Source: Gemmatimonadales bacterium (GTDB lineage: Bacteria; Gemmatimonadota; Gemmatimonadetes; Gemmatimonadales; GWC2-71-9). From it: 19,158 nucleotides of DNA. The DNA lies in NCBI GenBank assembly GCA_039794085.1, contig JBDIWC010000064.1, positions 1 through 19,158 on the forward strand. The letters run 5' to 3'. The position numbers and the translations under genes were made by a program. Below, piece after piece: positions 14,977 through 19,158 of this stretch (within the stretch, counting starts at the first letter, position 1; the number at the start of each line of letters is the position of its first letter). The notes under the pieces were generated by a model. It was not told the DNA's origin, did no database searches, and saw nothing but the letters and a program-made list of their open reading frames with translations.

Positions 14977-16476
14977 ATGACCGCGCCTCACGTCCTGACC
15001 GCTGATTTTGCCCTCCTGATCCACGTTCTCGGCCATTTTCCGGGAAAGGCCCCTACGGTCCGGGCCGTGATGGACCGCGTTCTGCAAGGCATCGCGGAGA
15101 CCGGGCTCTCGATGGCGGCGGAGGTTCGGACCCTCTGGGTGAATGGTGTCGCGATCCACCCCGATTCCCCCGGTGCGATCATGCTGAGCGACACGATGCT
15201 GATCCACCATGTCGGAGTCGTGGAATTCCCCCGGAATTGTGGTGAGGGACCAATCCTGGCCGTGGCACGCGCCCTGGCGGCACCGGGAGGCACTTTCGCA
15301 TCGTTCGCCTCGTTCGCCGGGTCCCTCGGGGAGGCCATCACGGCCCAGGTGACGCTGCGTGAGAGCGGGACCGAACTGGTCATTCACAATCTGTCCGCGG
15401 AGGACCCCATCGCGTTGGAAAGCTCCCCGGCGCCGGAGAGTGGTGTCGTTTCGAATGGAGAGGAGACCACAACTGACCTGATCCGGGACTTCGACCTGGT
15501 CCGGGGAGCGTCCGCCCTGGTGGATGTGGACACCTGCCCGGCCCGGCAGGAACTCGCTCGTCTCGTCGAGAGAGGCACGATGGCCCGGGACACCGAGCAG
15601 TGGGATGATCTTCTCACCGTGGGAGTGGCCATCGAGGAGCTTCTGGTCTCGGCGGCGACACCGGAGTTCCAACGCACCTGCCGGATCGAGCTCCAACGAT
15701 TGGTGACCGGCGAGGCCCTGACGCGGATTGCTCGAGCCACGGGAACGGGAACCCGCCGCCGGGAAGCGACGACGCTCCTCCGTCATGTGGGGAGCCGGGC
15801 CACCGAAGTGCTCATGGAGATGCTGGCGACGGCGGACGGCATGGCGGAGCGTCGGGGATACTACACCGCCCTGACCCAGATGCGGGAGCGGGAGAACGCG
15901 GGGATCATCATCGATTACCTGAGCCACCCGGTGTGGTATGTGGCGCGCAACGCGGCGGATCTCTGCGGCGACATGGATCTGGTCGAGTCGATCCCGGAGC
16001 TGGCCAAAAGGATTCATCACGAGGACGAGAGAGTGCGCCGCTCGGTGGCGGGAGCCCTGGCCAAACTCGGCACCTCCCAGGCGATGGAACCAATCCGCCA
16101 GATGCTCCGGGATCCGGCGGCTCCGGTTCGGCTCGAGGCCTTGATGCACCTCGACGGCCGACGACGCGGCCGCTCCATCGGGATGGTGCTGGCGGCCCTC
16201 CTGGAACGGGAGACCCACGCCGATGTGCGCCGGGAGATGCTCCGGACCCTCGGCCGGATCGGAACTCCGGACACGATCCAGGCGATTCTGCGGGCCGCCC
16301 AGCCGGAGGGGAAGCGCTTTCGGGGTCGTCCGCGCAGCGAACGGCTCGGCGCGGTGGGTGCCCTGGCCCTGGCGGGCCCCGCCGGCATCCCCGCTCTCCG
16401 CACCCTGGTGAAAGATCCCGATCCCGAAGTGGCGCGAGCCGCGGAGGAAGCGATCGCAAGAATCAATGATCAATGA
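14977..16476 (+). CDS. HEAT-repeat domain protein, 499 aa
   Basis: ATG with GGAG; repeats HPVWYVARNAADLCG, HEDERVRRSVAGALAKLG, DPAAPVRLEAL, HADVRREMLRTLGRIG, DPDPEVARAA. Confidence 0.85.
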   Translation: MTAPHVLTADFALLIHVLGHFPGKAPTVRAVMDRVLQGIAETGLSMAAEVRTLWVNGVAIHPDSPGAIMLSDTMLIHHVGVVEFPRNCGEGPILAVARALAAPGGTFASFASFAGSLGEAITAQVTLRESGTELVIHNLSAEDPIALESSPAPESGVVSNGEETTTDLIRDFDLVRGASALVDVDTCPARQELARLVERGTMARDTEQWDDLLTVGVAIEELLVSAATPEFQRTCRIELQRLVTGEALTRIARATGTGTRRREATTLLRHVGSRATEVLMEMLATADGMAERRGYYTALTQMRERENAGIIIDYLSHPVWYVARNAADLCGDMDLVESIPELAKRIHHEDERVRRSVAGALAKLGTSQAMEPIRQMLRDPAAPVRLEALMHLDGRRRGRSIGMVLAALLERETHADVRREMLRTLGRIGTPDTIQAILRAAQPEGKRFRGRPRSERLGAVGALALAGPAGIPALRTLVKDPDPEVARAAEEAIARINDQ

Positions 16477-16489
16477 TCAATGACCAATG
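16462..16489 (+). repeat. heptamer array (ATCAATG)x4 overlapping the HEAT gene stop
   Basis: atcaatg atcaatg atcaatg accaatg. Confidence 0.85.
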
Positions 16490-16532
16490 AACAGCCAAGG
16501 AAACTCTGATTAATTGGCGGGAGAACCAATGC

Positions 16533-16612
16533 CGTCATTCCCGCGCAAGCGGGAATCAATTCTCCTCCCCGTTCCCTCGTGAAAATGGATCCCCGCGTGC
16601 GCGGGGATGACG
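16533..16612. repeat. inverted doublet of CGTC-tagged REP-like palindromes
   Basis: CGTCATTCCCGCGCAAGCGGGAATC (16533-16557) and reverse-oriented CGTCATCCCCGCGCACGCGGGGATC (16612-16588). Confidence 0.85.
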
Positions 16613-16642
16613 ATTATCAAAGATTCCCTAACTCATCTGATT

Positions 16643-16754
16643 CATTGATCACTGGCCATTCGCCATTGATCATTGTTCATTGTTCACTGTTCACTGTTCA
16701 CTGTTCACTGTTCATTGTTCACTGTTCACTGTTCATTGTTCATTGTTCATTGTT
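16643..16754 (+). repeat. heptamer array (CA[C/T]TGTT)x12 plus 4 degenerate units
   Basis: 12 units at 16671-16754 preceded by cattgat cactggc cattcgc cattgat. Confidence 0.95.
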
Positions 16755-16760
16755 TCCTGT

Positions 16761-17831
16761 TCACCGCGGGATGAAGTCGTGGGCGGGGGTGACCCGCCGG
16801 GCAAAGGCGGCGAGGAGCCGGGCGGTGAGCACCAGGTCCTCCAGCGCCACCATCTCGTTCGGGCTGTGCATGTACCGGTTGGGGACGGAGACGAGTCCGG
16901 TGGGGACGCCGGCCGCGGCGGTGAAGATGGCATCGGCGTCGGTGCCGGTGACCCGGGGCGCCGCCTGGAGGGCGTAGGGGATTCCTTCCGCCTCCGCCGT
17001 GTCCACCAGCAGATCGAACACCGGCCCGTTCACGGCTGCTCCGCGTGACAGCACCGGTCCTCCGCCGAGGGTGACCGGTCCCTGCCGTTTCTTGGGTGCG
17101 CCGGGGTGATCCGAGGCGTGGGTCACATCCACGACGAGTGCCACCGTGGGGAGGAGGCCCGAGGCGGAGGTGCGCGCCCCCCCTCCCGTGTAGCTGATCT
17201 CCTCCTGCGAGGTGGCGACGGCGGTGACGGTGGCGGCGGGCCGGTCGTGGGAGAGCAATCGCAGCGCCTCGAGCACCACGAAGGCCCCGATCCGGTTGTC
17301 GAGGCAGCGGCTCACGATCCGTCCATTGGGAAAGGCCATCGCCCCCCCGGCCAGCACTCCCGGATCGCCGATCCGGATCCGGCTCAGCGTCTCCTCCTTC
17401 GAGGTCGAGCCGATGTCGATCCACAGATCGGAGGGTTTGGAGACCTTTTCCCGGTCGGGAGGATCGATCTGGTGGATCGCCTTCTTGCCGATCACCCCGT
17501 CCACCTTTCCGTCCCGTCCGAGGAGGGTTACCCGCTGTCCCACGAACACCTGGTGGTCCCACCCGCCGATCGGCTCGAACATCAGGAACCCGTCGTCATC
17601 GACGTGTACCACCATGAGGCCGATCTCGTCGATGTGACCCGCGAACATGATCTGGGGTCGGGCGGCGGTCTCTCCCAGGGTGGCATGGGAATTTCCGCTG
17701 ACATCGGCGCGGACAGTGTCGGCGATGGTGGCGGCCTCGGTGCGCCAGACCCTGGCCGGGAGCGTCTCGAACCCCGAGGGGCCCGGAGCATCCAGGAGGG
17801 AGTTCAGAAAGGCCAGAGCACGAGGTTCCAT
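16761..17831 (-). CDS. M42-family (TET-type) aminopeptidase
   Basis: PGPSGFE, AGHIDEIG, LDNRIG, QEEI, VDVT, GTDA, RYMHSPNE; ATG at 17831 after GGAG. Confidence 0.95.
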   Translation of the reverse strand: MEPRALAFLNSLLDAPGPSGFETLPARVWRTEAATIADTVRADVSGNSHATLGETAARPQIMFAGHIDEIGLMVVHVDDDGFLMFEPIGGWDHQVFVGQRVTLLGRDGKVDGVIGKKAIHQIDPPDREKVSKPSDLWIDIGSTSKEETLSRIRIGDPGVLAGGAMAFPNGRIVSRCLDNRIGAFVVLEALRLLSHDRPAATVTAVATSQEEISYTGGGARTSASGLLPTVALVVDVTHASDHPGAPKKRQGPVTLGGGPVLSRGAAVNGPVFDLLVDTAEAEGIPYALQAAPRVTGTDADAIFTAAAGVPTGLVSVPNRYMHSPNEMVALEDLVLTARLLAAFARRVTPAHDFIPR

Positions 17832-17989
17832 GGGACGATCTCCGCTGGTATGATGGAGCCCCAAGGTAGGCGGGACACCAGCTCGGGGGCAATCGAGGGG
17901 CCCCCCCCCGCCGGGGTCCCCTTCCCCCGGCGCGGTTCCGGTGCCACCTTGTGTCATTCCCCCATGTTCCTGACCGATGGAGGCGTTCT

Positions 17990-18907
17990 GTGAGAGCTCC
18001 ACTCCGCCGTGCCCGGCCTCTGCCGGTTGTCCTCCTCCTGGCCCTGGCCGGCTGCCAGACTCCCGACCCCGCTCCCGCCGAGGTGGCCTCCGAGTGGGGC
18101 CCGCTCGATGAGGGCGCTCGCGTCGCCGTGGTCGAGGGATTCTCAGGGCCTGAGGCGGTCCGTTACGATCCGGACCAGGACGTGTTTTTCGTCTCCAACT
18201 TCAACGGCGATGCCGGCGAACGGGACGGGAACGGGTTCATCAGCCGGGTCAGCGGGGAGGGAGTGGTGGAGTCGCTTCGGTTCGCGACGGGCACGGCGTC
18301 GGCGCCGATGCATTCGCCCCGGGGCATGGTCCTCTCGGGCGACACCCTCTGGGCCGTCGATCTCGAGGCGGTCCACGGCTTCGACCGGCGCACCGGAGCC
18401 CACCTGGCCTCGGTGTCCCTCGTGGCCTTGTCGCCGGGATTCCCGAACGACATCACGATCGGCGCGGATGGGGCCCTCCACGTGACCGACACCGGCGAGT
18501 CCCGAGTTTACCGGATCAGCGGCGGCGAGGCGGAGATCGCCGTCGGCGGCCCCGGTCTCTCCTCTCCCAACGGGATCACCTGGGACTCGGCCGCCGGCCG
18601 GTTCATCCTGGTGCCTTGGGACGGGGACAGCGTGGTGTCGTGGAGGGCCGACACCGGGGACCTGACCGTGGTGGGGCCGAGCCCGGGAGGCCGGCGGGAC
18701 GGCGTCGAGATCGTGGACGGGAAACTGATCGTTTCCAGTCAGGCCGATTCCACCCTGCAACTCGTCACCATCGACTCGGCCCGGGTTCTCGCCCGACTCC
18801 CCGGACGGCCGGCGGACATCGGCATCGACACCCGGCGGCGGCGGGTGATGGTCCCCTACGTCGCGCTCAACCTGGTCGAGATCTGGCAGCTTCCGCCAGG
18901 ACCGTGA
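17990..18907 (+). CDS. SMP-30/gluconolactonase-like beta-propeller lipoprotein
   Basis: GTG after GGAGG; lipobox LAG-C; GFSGPEAV, DGNGFISRV, FPNDITI, SPNGITW, DGVE, PADIG. Confidence 0.85.
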   Translation: MRAPLRRARPLPVVLLLALAGCQTPDPAPAEVASEWGPLDEGARVAVVEGFSGPEAVRYDPDQDVFFVSNFNGDAGERDGNGFISRVSGEGVVESLRFATGTASAPMHSPRGMVLSGDTLWAVDLEAVHGFDRRTGAHLASVSLVALSPGFPNDITIGADGALHVTDTGESRVYRISGGEAEIAVGGPGLSSPNGITWDSAAGRFILVPWDGDSVVSWRADTGDLTVVGPSPGGRRDGVEIVDGKLIVSSQADSTLQLVTIDSARVLARLPGRPADIGIDTRRRRVMVPYVALNLVEIWQLPPGP

Positions 18908-18983
18908 GGAAGGGAGAGTCCGTTCGCGCCTTGGACATTTACTGTGAGGTTTGAAGGGAGTGGGATCTGTGAGAGCCCCAAGT

Positions 18984-19137
18984 TCCCTACTCCCTACTCC
19001 CTAAGTCGGCACAGCCGGAACCACAGAGGCTCCTCGGGGTCGCGCGTGGGGTTTCTTCGGCATGGGTTCCGGTCCTGCCCGAGTACCTCTCCCCACCCCC
19101 AGAGCCAACCACAAGAAGCACAAAAGGCACAGAAACC
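18984..19137 (+). repeat. short repeat arrays ((TCCCTAC)x3 and CACAAGAAG/CACAAAAGG/CACAGAAA)
   Basis: ttccctactccctactccctaag at about 18983-19005; aaccacaagaagcacaaaaggcacagaaa at about 19107-19136. Confidence 0.6.
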
Positions 19138-19158
19138 TCTTCGCCCCTGGTGGGACCC

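Noticed and set aside
13710..16473. Long antisense ORFs (422 aa and 503 aa)
   Set aside because: Shadow frames of the ECF ATPase and HEAT genes.
16579..17048. ORFs with VHCSLF repeats
   Set aside because: Translation of the heptamer array, running antisense into the M42 gene.
17832..18002. 57-aa N-terminal extension of the M42 peptidase
   Set aside because: Family similarity starts at MEPRAL (17831) with an RBS; the extension would overlap the divergent gene's start.

Overview
High-GC bacterial DNA; gene style suggests Gemmatimonadota (inference only). The window has two halves. (1) Positions 1-10170 are an accessory, repeat-dense region that looks like a tandem array of related cassettes. 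Each cassette has a small stand-alone LuxR-type HTH gene on the + strand (three copies: partial at 1-96, frameshifted at 3849-4117, intact at 9209-9490). Two copies sit behind a conserved divergent promoter/operator block that drives a leftward run of secreted, lipoprotein or membrane genes. The promoter-proximal genes are unrelated between cassettes, while the distal genes are duplicated and partly decayed. The intergenic DNA is a mosaic of heptamer, nonamer and hexamer repeats, CGTC/GTAG REP-like hairpins, a roughly 150-190 bp inverted-repeat element and an isolated IS21-like end. (2) Positions 10175-18907 are ordinary core genes: a GAF (fRMsr-like) protein, an M28-PDZ peptidase, a four-gene ECF transporter whose two ATPases carry complementary degenerate motifs, a HEAT-repeat protein, an M42 aminopeptidase and an SMP-30/gluconolactonase-like lipoprotein. 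No rRNA, tRNA, CRISPR array, integrase or transposase gene was recognised.
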